DNA of 64,000 nt from Camelus dromedarius (GCF_036321535.1 NC_087436.1:20710001-20774000); one strand, 5' to 3'; numbered from the stretch's first letter, positions 48,155 through 61,399 are shown. The notes: a model not told the origin generated them from the letters alone. A program made the numbers and translations.

Positions 48155-48639
48155 TCTCACCAAGTGGTTGATGATCATTGCCTAAGGCTGATATTTATTA
48201 GGGGCCTGTATTTCTTACCAGCTTTACTGCAACAATTTCTTCAGGTTGCCATGCCTGTAATTTTTCCCCCAACTCGACCACATTATGCGCACTGCCACTG
48301 AATGGATTTTTGTACACCACAAATCATTTCATATGATTTCCCTGCATAAAATTCTTCAGTGGACTCTTAGTGAATTTAATATAATCCAAATTCTGTAGCA
48401 GAGATACACAAGAGCCTTTATCATCTGGTCCCTGCTTACCTGGTCGTTATTTGCTTTTGATTGATAAATACTTGAAACTTTCTAAAATAGAATCTTCTCG
48501 AGGTAGAAAAGTTACAAAATGCTGGTTTAACACTTCTGGGAAATGAAGGATGAGCTAATACCCTGCTGATACACAGGCAGATGGCAGAAATTATTTTTGT
48601 AGCAATAACACCTAAGCCCTTAAAGAATGAGAGCATCTT

Positions 48640-48736
48640 AACATTTCACAATATATGTAAATCAGATTATTATGCCATGTACCTTAAACTTATATGGTGC
48701 TGTATGTCAATTTTATCTCAATAAAACTGGGGAAAA
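48640..48736 (+). mobile_element. L1 3'-terminal fragment
   Basis: CATTTCACAATATATGTAAATC...TGTATGTCAATTTTATCTCAATAAAACTGG. Confidence 0.7.
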
Positions 48737-48904
48737 TATTTATAAATAAAGAAAAGAAAAAAACTCCAAGTCTTTGACCATGTCAACAGTGGCAATGTAG
48801 CATTTCAAGGTCATGCCCAAGAGTGTTGACTCTAGGGCAGGAAATCCAAGGAAGAGATACAGGACAAGGGGGCAAAGATTTTTGGAAGAAAGCAAAGTTA
48901 TATT

Positions 48905-49047
48905 CTTTTCCAGCTTTATTGAGGTAAAATTAACAAAAATTCTATATGTAGTAAGGTGTACGATGTAGTAGTTTGATATATGTGTACAGTGTGAAATGAT
49001 AACAACAATCAAGTTAATTAACACATTCATCACCTCACAGTTAACTT
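48905..49047 (-). mobile_element. L1MA-type 3'-terminal fragment
   Basis: CAGCTTTATTGAGGTA...GTGAAATGATAACAACAATCAAGTTAATTAACACATTCATCACCTCACAGTTA. Confidence 0.8.
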
Positions 49048-52000
49048 TTTTGACCTTTTTTTTTGGTGGGGGGAATGGTGTGTGGTGAGCAAAGCTATAT
49101 TTTAAAATATATTGATTATAAATTTGCTCCCCAAAAGTATATTGTTTGCCCAGGTTGTGTTGCCATTTCAAGCTGCCTTCCCATGGAATTTTCTCTTAAA
49201 GTTATTAGGCAGATGTAAATAACTATTGTTTAATTCGTTAACTTATATGAAGTCAAGCTGTAATTTAAGAACTAATTTAAATTCTATTCCATTTATATTT
49301 AATTTGTTTATAATTCGTTATAATTATTTTGCTAGATATAATTAATTATAAAACAACTTTTAAAGACTATGTCTTAATTATACCTTATTGCTTCTACTTT
49401 ACACTTTATATTTACTTATGCAGCTCAACTGAGTAAAATTTTATTCCCTAAATGCAGCAGTGTCAATTAGCACGTGGCATTTACATGAGTTTCCTTATGG
49501 ACATTTGGCCTTTAATAAATGTCTGCAATTGGTCCTTAATCGTGTCTGAGTCATAAATGAAATGACGGAATCATGTCTGAATCAGAGGGCTTCTGTCTGC
49601 ATCAATCACTGTGCCAGCCACATTTGCTGGGGTTATGGCCTGCCACTATCACCAGCCCCTTTTGTGCAGCCAGCTCTGCATCTCATATGTGTCCTTGAGT
49701 CTCCAAGACTCTGTTGATGCACCGTTGAACATCCCTGACATCTGTTTGCTCTCTGCACAATGATTGGAGTTGGTGTCAGTGAGAGGGACTGAACTGGGAT
49801 GGAGATCCCTTGGGTGTCTGCAGCAGGAGTCAGTGATGGAGATGTCTCATGATGGCTGGGAGTTGTGTCTCATGAAATTGAGTCTTGTCAATTCAAATTT
49901 ATTTAAACAAATAGCCTTATTGAATGGTAGTGACTTAAACTGTTATTTTTATAGTCCATGCTAGGTTTTTTTCTTTAGTATATGTCAGTTTCTTATAATA
50001 CCTGAATCAACTGCAGTGTTGTAATTTGCTAATACATTTTCCATCGATGGAATTGGAAGGGTGAGCTAATGGGACCAGAGGGTGTGCAGAAATGATCCTT
50101 AATTATAAAATAATGGAAAACAGTCTACATCATGAAATTACCTCATAAACAGAACGATCACAACGGAGATGGTTCAGCAATTAATGATTTCATCAAGTAA
50201 ATTAACTCATTTGTATCTCAACCCTCCATAAATGATGTGAGAAAGTATAATACCTTAACTATGTAAACAGTTAATAAAATATGGAAGACATTATAAATTC
50301 AGAGAATTGAAAGCCTGCACAGCTATAGGATTAATTACTTTTGTGTTCATTAGGTGTTTTGGAAACTAAGCATTAATTTTCTGGCTTTGCTTCATATCAG
50401 GACCACCCTGTAAGAAAGTTTAATTCCTCAGTGAGTACCTATTTATCATTTAGCTAAATGTTTGGCAACTAAGCCACCAAAGTAACATATGCAAATGAAT
50501 GTTTACCAATGAGTGAATGAAAATATGCTCTATTTCTGAATGTGCTTAATTCAAGAGTAATGTAAAAATACGGAGACATTTGTTCAAAATAGGCTACCTC
50601 AATTAAGATGCAGAATTAATCTTCAAAGATACTAAGCTATGTACAATTTTGGCAGTTTGACAGTCTGCAAATATTTCTTTGAAAATGTGAGAAATAAGTA
50701 CAATATGAGTCTAGTTAGATAAAATCACAATATCTGATGATTTAAAGTTTTTCAAATAAACATTTAACGTTATTTATCTTATAAATAATTGTCCTGGAGA
50801 AAATGTTACATTCCTGAAACCTTTATCGTGTGGTTTAAAGTGTGAACGTGCAGTAGTCTTAGGATTATTTGGTCTGGAAAGGGACAGATATTTGTGAAAG
50901 CATATTCTGGCAGATTAAAACAAAACCTTAGCATTTAAATTTTAGGACCAAAGAAATCATTACATCTAAAGCAACAATATATCTGATTTGATGGAATGTG
51001 ATATAGTTAAAAAATTGTTTGTGTGGTGTGGCTTGAGACCACAAATTCTGGCTTTTTCAAAAGTCCATGAATTCCATGTATTATTATTTTCAAAATGGGT
51101 GGTTTACTTGTAAAGAAATTCTTCAGTTCTTTATTAGAAATACATCTAAATTTTATGTCTTACCCAAGGGCATGAAATTCTGCAAACATTTTCATTTATT
51201 AATAGTTGTAAACACCTGGGCATTTATAGACATTACAGATACTTTTACATGTATAAATTTAGAATAAATGTTGGATAGAAGAGAAAGGTTTCTGACTTTA
51301 AAATCTATTTGTATTTCATAAGACCATAGGTTCCACAAGACTCGATCTTTTGCTGTTTTGGTTTGTTTGCTTTAAATAAAATATGGTTTTTCTATTTAAA
51401 ATATCTGAAAAATACACTCTGAAATATCAACTAGATCTTGAAATATATTTGGATAATTATGAGTATAAATTAACCCAAATGTCAGGATTCCATATCCTTT
51501 AAAACAGATGGGTTTTTTTTTCCTTTTTGGTAGAGGGAATGGAGAATTGTGGGTTTATTTTTGGGAGCCTGAATCCAAAGCATATTGAGCCAGACTTTAT
51601 TTTCCCTTGAAAAAGAATCCTGTTCTAATCACCACACGTGCATTGTTTATTGCTTTTAAAGAACGGCTTAACATGATTAATAAGCACCTAAGAAAAAATA
51701 GTGTTATTTTCTTCCTGAAAATGTGAGGGGCTCTGCTTGTGAGACCAACCCAAAGGCCAACACTACACATGATGGTAGTCCTAAAGGAAAGTCTTCACTC
51801 ACAGCTAGGGAAAGAAACTTTCAGACATGTATTGATCTTGTGAAATAGGAATATTGATTTAGTATCTCTCCGGGCGGGTAAATGAGATCATATTTCTAAA
51901 ATTCAGTGTTACATCCTCTGAGTTTGTAATTCAGCCTTATCTCATTTCTTCTGAAACTAGAATTTTCCTCTTTCTTCATCTCTGCTGGAACAGAGTGGAT

Positions 52001-52184
52001 TTCTCCATTCCTTTTGAACTCTTCTGTTCAGATAGATGAATGGCTATTTTTATATTTTGTACAGATTCTTCTAAGAACTTTCTCACTTTGATTGCCTGTG
52101 TGACGTTTCCCTCTAGTCTTTGAATCCATTTGATCAATTATTTTTGTGGGACGGAAGTTTCTTCTGTGCACAAGAAAGCGCTGT

Positions 52185-52410
52185 ATTTGAGCCCTTACTT
52201 TATGCCATGTGCAGCAATAAGTGTTTTGCATCTGTCATCCCACATCATCATTGTAGCAACCCTACGATGAAACAAATACATTTTACGTACAAGAAACAAA
52301 AACTCAGTGAGGTGAAGAAAATTTCCCATGGCCGCTTAGCTAGTCCACCACACGGCTCTGGTACAAAGCCAGACGCATCCAAAGACCAAGCTCCATCAGT
52401 TCACTGTGGT
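52185..52410 (-). mobile_element. MIR fragment
   Basis: TATTTGAGCCCTTACTTTATGCCA...CAACCCTACGA...CATTTTAC...AAACTCAGTGAGGTGAAG. Confidence 0.65.
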
Positions 52411-52739
52411 GCTTCCAGAAGAGCTGGGCTGTGATGGTTGTTTATCCTAAACACAGATGTCTCAGTACTGTGCTCATCTTCTCATTGACAGGCTGAAACC
52501 AGATCTTTTCTGTTTGTGCACTACTAAGTGTTCTCGGCATCTGCTGTTTCTTTAGTCTGAAGTTTGGTGCAGAGGTAACTTGTTGGTCCTTGTGAACAGA
52601 CCACACAACCTGTCTCTTCAAATTGTTCTCATGTCCACTGACCCCTTCCTTCCTGCCACCTCCTTCACCTCCTCCTGCAATAACTCCCTGTGCTTGTCCT
52701 CACCTCCGGTTTGACCTTCCTCTCTTTGAACACATCCTC

Positions 52740-52843
52740 TCTATTAATTGCATATGCTTTGTAACAATATAATTACAAACTTAGCAGCTTAAAACAAAGT
52801 GCATTTATTATCTCATAGTTTCTATGAATCAGGAATCTAGGCT
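52740..52843. mobile_element. MLT1 LTR fragment
   Basis: TGTAACAA...AAACTTAGCAGCTTAAAACAA...CATTTATTATCTCATAGTTTCTATGAATCAGGAATCTAGGC. Confidence 0.7.
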
Positions 52844-53603
52844 TACCAAAATTAAAAGCAAAGTCTTAACACTGTAGACAGTCTCAATAAAGTGATTATT
52901 GTACTGCTCATTCTGTTATAAATTTCTTCAATATTTAAGAATGCTTTGGGAACTTTTCTTATTCTTTTTTTTTGATTATTCTTATTTGAGGAATGAAGAG
53001 ACATGAATCCATGTAGATTTCTTCCTTCTTCTTATACCGACAAAGCAGTGATATAGTAATGATAAACCTTTTAAGTATATGAACTGAAGGAGAGTCATAT
53101 TTTAGATCCCCTAATGAAGATACAGAGAAGAGTGAACATAAAGATACAGTTTTTCGTGTCTGTTGTGAAGCTGCAGCAGTTTCCTGTTCCCTGAAGCCTT
53201 GCTGTTCAGTGGGCTCCCGTGTTCAAGTGTGTGGCATCACGTGCCTGGCAGGATCCCTACGACTCCAAGGGCAGGACGCCCTGTAAGGCAGAGAGGGAGA
53301 CGAGGGTGTGGGAAGTAGGTTACAAACTCCTAGAATATTAACCTGCTTTCCCTTCTGAAATAGGTCTGAACTTAGTAACTGGACAGCTTCTTCAGGGCCA
53401 AGTGGGGGCATGTTCTATTTCTGTGTTGGCCTGGAGGACAAGACAGGGCCCTTCTCATAGACTTCTACCACCAGGCAGCTACTGTCATTGTGAGTGTAAC
53501 TCCTGCAGAGGAGGAGCACAAGGTTCCCAGCAGGTGGCTTGAGTAAATCTTTTGGCCCCTTTTCTCTTAGTGACTAGGAATTTTTTCTAAAATCAATGAT
53601 GTA

Positions 53604-53784
53604 GGGGAGGGTATAGCTCAGTATAGTGTAGTGCTTAACATGCATGAGGTCCTGGGTTCAATCCCCAGTACCTCCATTAAAAACAATAGTAGTAGTAGTA
53701 GTAGTAATAATAATAATAATAGTAATAGTAATAATAATAACAATAAATAAACCAAATTACCTCCCTCCCCCACCAAAAAAAAAA
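53604..53784 (+). mobile_element. tRNA-derived SINE (vic-1-like) with internal (TAG)n(TAA)n microsatellite
   Basis: GGGGAGGGTATAGCTCAGT...GAGGTCCTGGGTTCAATCCCCAGTACCTCCA, microsatellite 53686-53742, then AAACCAAATTACCTCCC and A tail. Confidence 0.9.
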
Positions 53785-56700
53785 TCAGTAATGCTATGAA
53801 TTAAGAAAACAAAAACAAAACATCAGAACCTTGAGCACTCCAACCAAGCCAAAGGAATGATTCCTTGGAATTCTATCTTAACTTTTATGAAGGCTTTCTT
53901 AAGAAAATGGTACCAGAGTGGATATATTTCCTTCATTCATTTGCATACAGATCTTGACATCTAGATAACCATCTATGAATAGAAATCTAGTGAAGAGAGA
54001 TAAGCTTGAAATTTGCACATAATGAACGATGTCCAGGCTGCTAATACTTTCTTAACTGACGCCATCCCACGCTGGCTGTGTATCCGGAGGTCGATGTCCA
54101 CATGCAGGATGAAGATAAAATGGAGGTGAGCTACCCTAAAAACACACAATCAAGTAAAGCTCAGCATCTGCTGTCTAGTTAAGAACCACATGGGAAAATA
54201 CATGTTTTACTTTTGCTTTGCTCCTAAATTAGTATCCACTGGCCAAATCAGGTTTTCATGTCTTGTGTCCTACTGAAAACACATCCTACACTGGAGGGCA
54301 AAATACTGACTCATATATTTAGAGAAATAATGCTCACTGATTCCCTAATAATAGTTCCTTCTGGAGCTGGGAGAAAATTATGAAACCCAGAAGAATCTAA
54401 CTTTTAACTTTCATTCATCAATATATGACTATTAAATCAGATTTTGTATTGTTATCTGAACCAGCAGAGCCAATTTCAAGAGGAATAAAGAGGGAAGTCT
54501 TCAAGGCAGTGAAAAAGTTGGGTTTGTCATCACATTACAAGCATGTAGAATAATTTTTAGTGGATACCCATTGGAAGAGAACCTTAAAAAAAAAAACAAA
54601 ACAAAGAAAAGACTTGCTCATGTTCCAAGCTGGAAGTAACATTGCTCTGAATGAGAGAAGTAAGTGGATGGATAAAACCTTTCTGACTGTTTTCTCAAAT
54701 GCTTTGTGTTATGAGAGCCCGCTGCATGCTTTTTCTCTAAATGAGGTCCTCCTCAATTTAAACCCACGGGCATTTTAAGGGAAATTTAATAAACAAGTGC
54801 TTTCTTGGCCAAAAAGAATTCTGGGTTATGCAAACAGTGAAGAGAACCATGACACAATATGCTGAGTGCCTGCTGGGTCAAGTTTAATTCCATCCCCTAG
54901 ATAGCTTGTCCATGCACAGGACGCCTTGGAAGTCAATGAGAGGAAATTAATGTACCACCCAGAGCAGAGAAAATTGAAATATGCTGAATTAATGTTTTGA
55001 ATCATAAAGGTCATTCAAAGAAAATTCTCTGAATAGGGTGCCAACCAGAGTCTGGTTTTATAATTTTTATAGAAACCTTATTTTTTTTCCTCTGAAAGGA
55101 AATTTTGGTTTTTTTCAGAAAGAATCATAGTACTACTTTGCACCCCCAGTATACAACGTGAATAAGCTTGTCTCGGAAACAATTCTTAATTTTTTTTCTG
55201 ATTATGAAAGAAAGACATTCTCAATGTAAAAAAAAAAATGTGGACAATAGAAAAAGACACAACAGAAACAAAAATCATGATAATCTCACTGTATCTTAAC
55301 ACCCCAAGATAAAAATGGGTAACTTCTTGGGTATATTTTTAAAAACTGTATTGCTTTGAAGCCAAGAAGATTGGAGTATATTTTATCTGAATGATGGGTA
55401 TGTATAACTTTTAAATAGCAAAATGAATTTTCTAAACAGTCACCTCAAAACCAGTAAAAACAAGCTGGCAAATAATCACCTTGGAAAACTAGACACTTCC
55501 TCTACTGACACTTCCTTCACTTTTTTGGAATTACCCTCAGAACCAGTTTATGAGCCACAAGAAAAAAATCATCTTGTAACTGTATAGCGTAAACCCTTCT
55601 TTCAGAATAGGTCATTTTCCTCTATTTTTTGGTTTGCTTTATATTTTATTTTTCAGGTAGTCTTCATCAGGAGAAGCAAAGCAGAGCTTCTTGCAGCCCA
55701 GCTATAGGAAACAAATGTCTTTGAGTGAACTCTTCTGATTTTTATTAGTGTATTTAAGGTAGGTTCAACCTCACACATTTCTCCAAATGTGAGGTGACAT
55801 CTCGCATAATCACTCCAAAATTTCGTATTCATCATTGGCTTCAAACTGTGCAAAAATATCTGTTCCTGTCACATCTGTTAAAAGAGCAGCTCAGCAGTTA
55901 CAACACTGACACATTTAAAATTTAGTTTCCAGTGTTGTACTGATGGAGGCGAACATTTCTCTTCTTTTCTCCTTTAAAGATTCATCATTTCAAGCACAGA
56001 AGTTGTAAGGCTTCTTGAATAGACTGAGGGCACAGGGAACTGCATTGGATGTCTTAGTTAAAACTATGAGTTTCATATAGCTGTGGCTATAAAGTAAAGA
56101 CTTGATGTGTGCAGGTGAATTACAGAAGGTCCCTATAATCACACTATGTGCTAAGTGACCAATGGATGTGGTGGTTGGGTAATGGGGAGTTTTCAACTCC
56201 AAGGTCATCGTCTTGTGGAGGAGATAGGACTGAGAGACACAAAAGAGACCTAAGAGCACTTTGGAAATAAGAGCCATGAGTTTATTCAGCGTTCAACACT
56301 TCTGGCTAGCGCCATCTTGAAATTTGCTTTCATGGGTGTCTGAAGGGTCATGATGTTCTAATTCTTTTCTTACTTCTCTTATTACTTCCACATAGATTTT
56401 ATTCTATGGGTCAAGAATTCTCTACTGATTTTCCTGAGGATTGTTAACTGATTAGTTATGTCCCTGCCTCATGAAAAGCAGTGTTCCACGTTGGCCCTCT
56501 TCTGTCTTCAGTTGGGTGTGACAGTGCAAAGAGCAATGACTTTAAAGAGCAGAAGACTGAGGATTGATAGTCCTACGTTGTTACTTGCTAACCTATCTGA
56601 CCGTGAGAAAATCACTGCCTTCCCCAATAATAAAATCGCCTCAACCACTCCACAGTTGTTAATGGAAAGAGATTTTCACTTTGAAAATGGTAGATCAAAC

Positions 56701-59700
56701 TGGCTAAGACTTACCTTCACTTGATGCCACCACTTTTACCACTATGAATGACTCGGGCATAGATGTGAACACATGACTCCTCTGTTCTCTGTAATTCCAC
56801 TGAAAGAGGAACACCAAATTTGGATGAGATGTTGAAGATTGGGGTTGGGGAAGGGTAAAAGTTAAAAAAAAGGGGGAAAACAAACAAACTCAGAGAAGAA
56901 CATGAAGTGAGATGGTAAGGCGTATGAAATGTTCACTCTCTCGGTCTGATTGGCTCTGCCCTATTCGAGCTCCTGACCAGCCACTCTGTGATGGGCACAC
57001 TCTACACCGGTTATCAGGAGTCTCTGTCTTCCTTGAAGGATAAGATCAAGACAGTGAGACCCAAAGGATAAAAATTCCTATTCCTGTGTGCCAAAAGCCA
57101 GAGCTCTGGGTTATTGTCTGGGGACCTGCTGCTTTCTCAGTTACTTAACTCTGGCAATGCCCACACGCATCAAGGGAGACCATGCCAGCCCATGGCCTCA
57201 TCAGGCCTTCAGTGTAAGTATCTAATTCCCAGTATCTTGACTCTGTCTAAACACTGCGTGATACCTTGTAAGAGCAAAACTAGCAGGGGGGCTGCCTCAT
57301 TACTGCAACTATGAGAAAATGACATTTGAACTTACTGAGCTGTTGGACCCTCATCTGTAAATGACAGCTAACAAGACCAGTTTTCTCAGATTGATTGTCA
57401 GGATTAAATGAGATGACATAAGCAAAAACTTTGTGTATTGATGTATCATACAAACTTAAATCTCTATTATCCCTTCAATAAATTCTTTCCTTACTACACA
57501 TTGGTGAACCTGAACCTAACCAAGTTTTTTTTTTTTTTTTTTTTTTTTCTTTATGTCAATGTCTTGTCTTTGGAGCTGGTTGGCCAATTTCTTGAAGACA
57601 GGAAGATATTTTATACCCCCTACCATGGAGCACACATGATAAACACTCGGTACATAGCTGTGCACTGATTTTCTCTGTTGAACCTCACCATTGCTGTGAA
57701 GAAAGGGTCTGCACTTCTCATTTATTTAACTCTGCTGTCGCATCTGGAGAAATGTTAATCAGCTGCAGCTTTTTCCTCCCTTGGCTGTATGACTCAATAC
57801 TGTGTTGTCATACTTCCCAATTAGTAGCCGTTCCACATGACTCAAAGGGAAAGATGGAAATGAGTCTCACCCAAGACAACATAAAAGCAAAGATAATACA
57901 ATAAATTAAGACTTCTGGTAAAACTACAAAGAAAAAGTGGGGATTCCAAGAAACATAGATGTTCAGTTTTTTTACAATTTATTCCAAATACTCCCTCAAC
58001 TCCATCACTTTTTTTTTTCCCTGCCAGAGGCTATCTTCTGAATGAAGGGGTGGAGGTACCAGGATGGTCTTGGTGAGAGATGGCTGTGAGGCCCGCTATG
58101 ATAATGTCACTACTATGTGTGTGTCTTCTGGACCATCCTTTGGAAATTATGCTGCTATTAGCCAGGAATCTTCTAGTAATGCAAGAATGTCATGCACAAA
58201 GTAGGTCATCTTGTTTAAATTAGTAACACCCTGGCAAAACTAAATCACTTGATGAACGAAATTATTGCCAAGCAAGAGTATTTCTGGTTAATTTGCACTT
58301 AACTCATTCAAAGGATGAAGATCCTTGAACTTCTTAGTCAAATGGACCAAAAATCATCTATCAATTTAAAATTTGGAAAGGATACTAACACTCATGTGGT
58401 CTACCAAGGCTAAGTCTTCTTTGTTTTCTGTAATATGCAAGGAGAAAATTCAGTCTTGCAGTCAGAAGTCACATTCTGAGGAAGCCATTTTATTTAATTA
58501 TGTTTAATTTTGCTCGTTTGAACTTTTGAATATTTTATCCACAAAATGCCAACAACTACTGCTTTCCCTTTGCTACTTTCTAATGATAATGGCTTTTTAA
58601 ACAAAAGTTTTAGCATGATTTGGTGCTTTCCTCTTTTGTGTTGTCATTTTTCCCACCATGATCATGCTTCTTACACTGTTTTGCAATCTGGTTCTTTTTG
58701 TCTTCCCTTCTACTAATGAACCGTGTCTGATTCTTTTTATACACTCAGTGACTGTTTATAGCCCCTATCTCTTTTCCCCTGAAACTTTCTTTACAAGCTA
58801 GAGGAAAGAGAAATAGTGCCAGCCTCCTTCAATGCCAGAACTTGAGGCAAGAGGTTCAGGATGTGATCAAGACCCAGCTCTAATACGGACAGAGGATAGC
58901 TAAGGATCTGGGAAAAGGAGCTTTGGAAATCCTCACTCAGCACTTGAAAGCAGTCATCCTTCCATCCCATGATGAGGCACTCAGAGACCTCATTGGGAAG
59001 GTGTTCAAAGGACCACAGAGTCCTACAGCTTTGGGGTGACGATGGAGGAATAGAAGACTTCTGAATAATTGTACAGCTCACAGAGGCCCTAATCCCTCAG
59101 AAGTCAACACCATCACATACCCATGGAAGTGCACGGCCATCCTCCTCAAGTTAAGCCATGTTTGACTGGCCCACAGTTGATTGGAAGGGACGGATGAAGG
59201 GAAGGGAAGGGAAGGAAGAGGAATATACCTAACTCACACTGGGTCAGTTCAGTTTTCTATCACAGGAGCGTGTTAATCTCTGCAGTGCCTGGAAGTGAGA
59301 TGATGTAAACGAGGGCACTCAGGGGCAGCCATCTTTTGCATACGGAGAAGTAGTGGCAGCAAGTAGGCATGGAGGAAAAAATAACAAGTCTGTGAAAAGA
59401 GATGAGAAACTGAGAAATCAAACACTTTCTTGGCTTCTGAAAGCTTTCCAATTACTGGTTTCAGTCCTTGAAAAGGCCCCATTACCCTTGGCCTCCATAA
59501 TAAATGTCTATCTCATTTCAATAAATTGTCTCTTTTGGATTGCTCGTTTGAACTTTTGAACTATCTTGTGTTGGTATCTCGAGGGAAAAAGGAGGAGCGT
59601 TCAAGGCCCGTGCAGCTACCTTTGCAGAACTGAAGGACTGGAGCCTGATCCTTCCTTGTAGTTCTTGTTTTCTTTTGCTCCTTTATTCTGCATTCCTTTA

Positions 59701-60104
59701 GCATACATATCGTCAATTCAGAGCATGCCATTTTACATTTATTGTTTCTATAACTGTTGTCAAAGTACGTTCTATTGCATTAGTGTTTTCTAGAGCACTG
59801 CATGTCTAGTATCTAATTCAATTTCTTAAGAGTGCTTTCCAAGCTTATTAACTACCCCAGGAGGCTGAAATCTACTGCTGTTACCATGAGGGTTCCTGTT
59901 ACCCTTAGGAAGCTCAGGCTTGTGAATGGTGAAGCAGAGATAAGTTTGGATTCTTGTCCCAAACCTGCTCCTTTCCTCAGAAAGGCCGGAAGTTGGGGAC
60001 AGTCCTTGGCAGGACTGAATTTCAAGTTTGTCTGTGAGTTGAACAAGAAGAAGTAAATAAATGATTTCTTTTCTATAAAGGTAAGTGCAAATAATCAGAT
60101 CCTA

Positions 60105-60350
60105 AGAATTAGTGTTGGGATGGCTTATTTAAGATTTTTTTCTTTTAATGATCTGGAAGAAAAATAAATGAATGATGGAATCTCCAGATTTGCAGATGAC
60201 ACTAAATTCTTTTAGAGAAGAAGTGGCAAGCTGGAACATTGTAAAATTCAGGAAGTTGTAGCATGGTAATACATTTGGGGAAAATAATCTTTCACAATTC
60301 TGAGGCTCTGAGCTCTCAGTTACAGTTCAGGAGAGAGATCTACAGATGTT
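60105..60350 (+). mobile_element. CR1/L3 LINE reverse-transcriptase relic
   Basis: TTTGCAGATGACACTAAA (60189-60206) encodes FADDTK, preceded by AATGATCTGGAAGA (NDLE) and followed by GAGAGAGATCTA (ERDL), the CR1 RT motif order. Confidence 0.75.
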
Positions 60351-60624
60351 TTGTCTTGAATGGAATCTGGCACTCTTCTAAATTAGGGTTCAAATTTGGT
60401 GATGTTTTTTAATGTTAGTAGCTAATTGTCCATTTTTACTCTATGCCAGACAGTGTGCTAAATACTTTCAGTATATAATCCCATTTATTTTATAAAACCC
60501 AGTGAATCAAGTGCAACTATCCCCATTTTATTCAGAAAGATAATTAACTTGTGTGAATTCCTACAGCTTGTATGTGTCAGGAGACAGGAAGAGTTATGGC
60601 TAAGTGAACGAATCTACATTGATC

Positions 60625-61060
60625 TTATTCATCATTCAGTAAATTTGAGTGCCCATCATATAGTGGACATTGTCTAGATGTTTGCAGATGAACAAAACAA
60701 AATAGAAAAGATCCTTGTCTTTATGTAGCTTAGATTTTAAAGAGAAGAAACAGAAAACCAACAATACATAATAAAAATAGCAAATCGTATGGTATACTGG
60801 AAAGCGATAAGTGCTATGGAAAAAGTAAAAACATACACATGGCGGGTAAAGAGGAACAAGAGCATGAAGGCAGTGGGAATGTGAGCGGTGAATCTTAAAC
60901 TGGACGGTCAGAATAGGTCTCAACAAGAAAGTAACATTTGCTCAAAGATTTACCGAAGTAATTTACGTGGGGGTTACCCAGGGAGATGTTTGGGGGAACA
61001 GCAATTCGGGGATAAGTGAAAACAGTGCCAAGGCTCTAAAGCAAGAACATGCCTTGTGTG
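60625..61060 (-). mobile_element. L2 3'-end fragment
   Basis: ATTCATCATTCAGTAAATTTGAGTGCC...GATAAGTGCTATGGA...AAAGTAACATTTGCTCAAAGA...AACAGTGCCAAGGCTCT. Confidence 0.7.
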
Positions 61061-61399
61061 TCATTACTAGATAGTTTTGTTTTATACTAAGCTGTAATCT
61101 GATTTACTTTAACTTTAGCGATATTCCCCAGTCTGGTCCTCTGAGACTATATCAATCTAAGTCCAATCATAGTCACAGGGTATAGTAGAATAATCACTTT
61201 ACTTGTTCAGTACATCATACTTCGGTTAATGAAGACCCAGTTTCAATGAGTGTTTCTTGAAGTGTCCCATCACACAATCAGCTTATAACAAGGCAGCTAG
61301 AAAAAGCACAAGATAAGGAATCAAGAGACCTGAAATCAAAGGGGTCAGCCACAATCTTATCTAGTGATCTAAGATAACTCCACAACTAATGTACACTGA

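Larger units (their letters stand above)
47130..48200 (-). mobile_element. Old L1ME/L1MC-type 3' region interrupted by a young L1
   Basis: CAACAATTATCAACATTTGGCTAATTTTGTTTT, ATCATTTCATCAGTAAAAAACTTCA, TTGTTGAAGAAGTCAGGTCATTGGTCCTGTAGAAT. Confidence 0.65.

Noticed and set aside
6132..53680. tRNA-like sequences at 6132, 22167 and 53604 as tRNA genes
   Set aside because: A-rich tails, target-site duplications and degenerate stems show they are SINEs.
56309..56960. YY1-like GCGCCATCTTG (56309-56319) and reverse CCAAT box CTGATTGGCT (about 56946) as a distal promoter
   Set aside because: Isolated short motifs 600 bp apart with no CpG island or other support.
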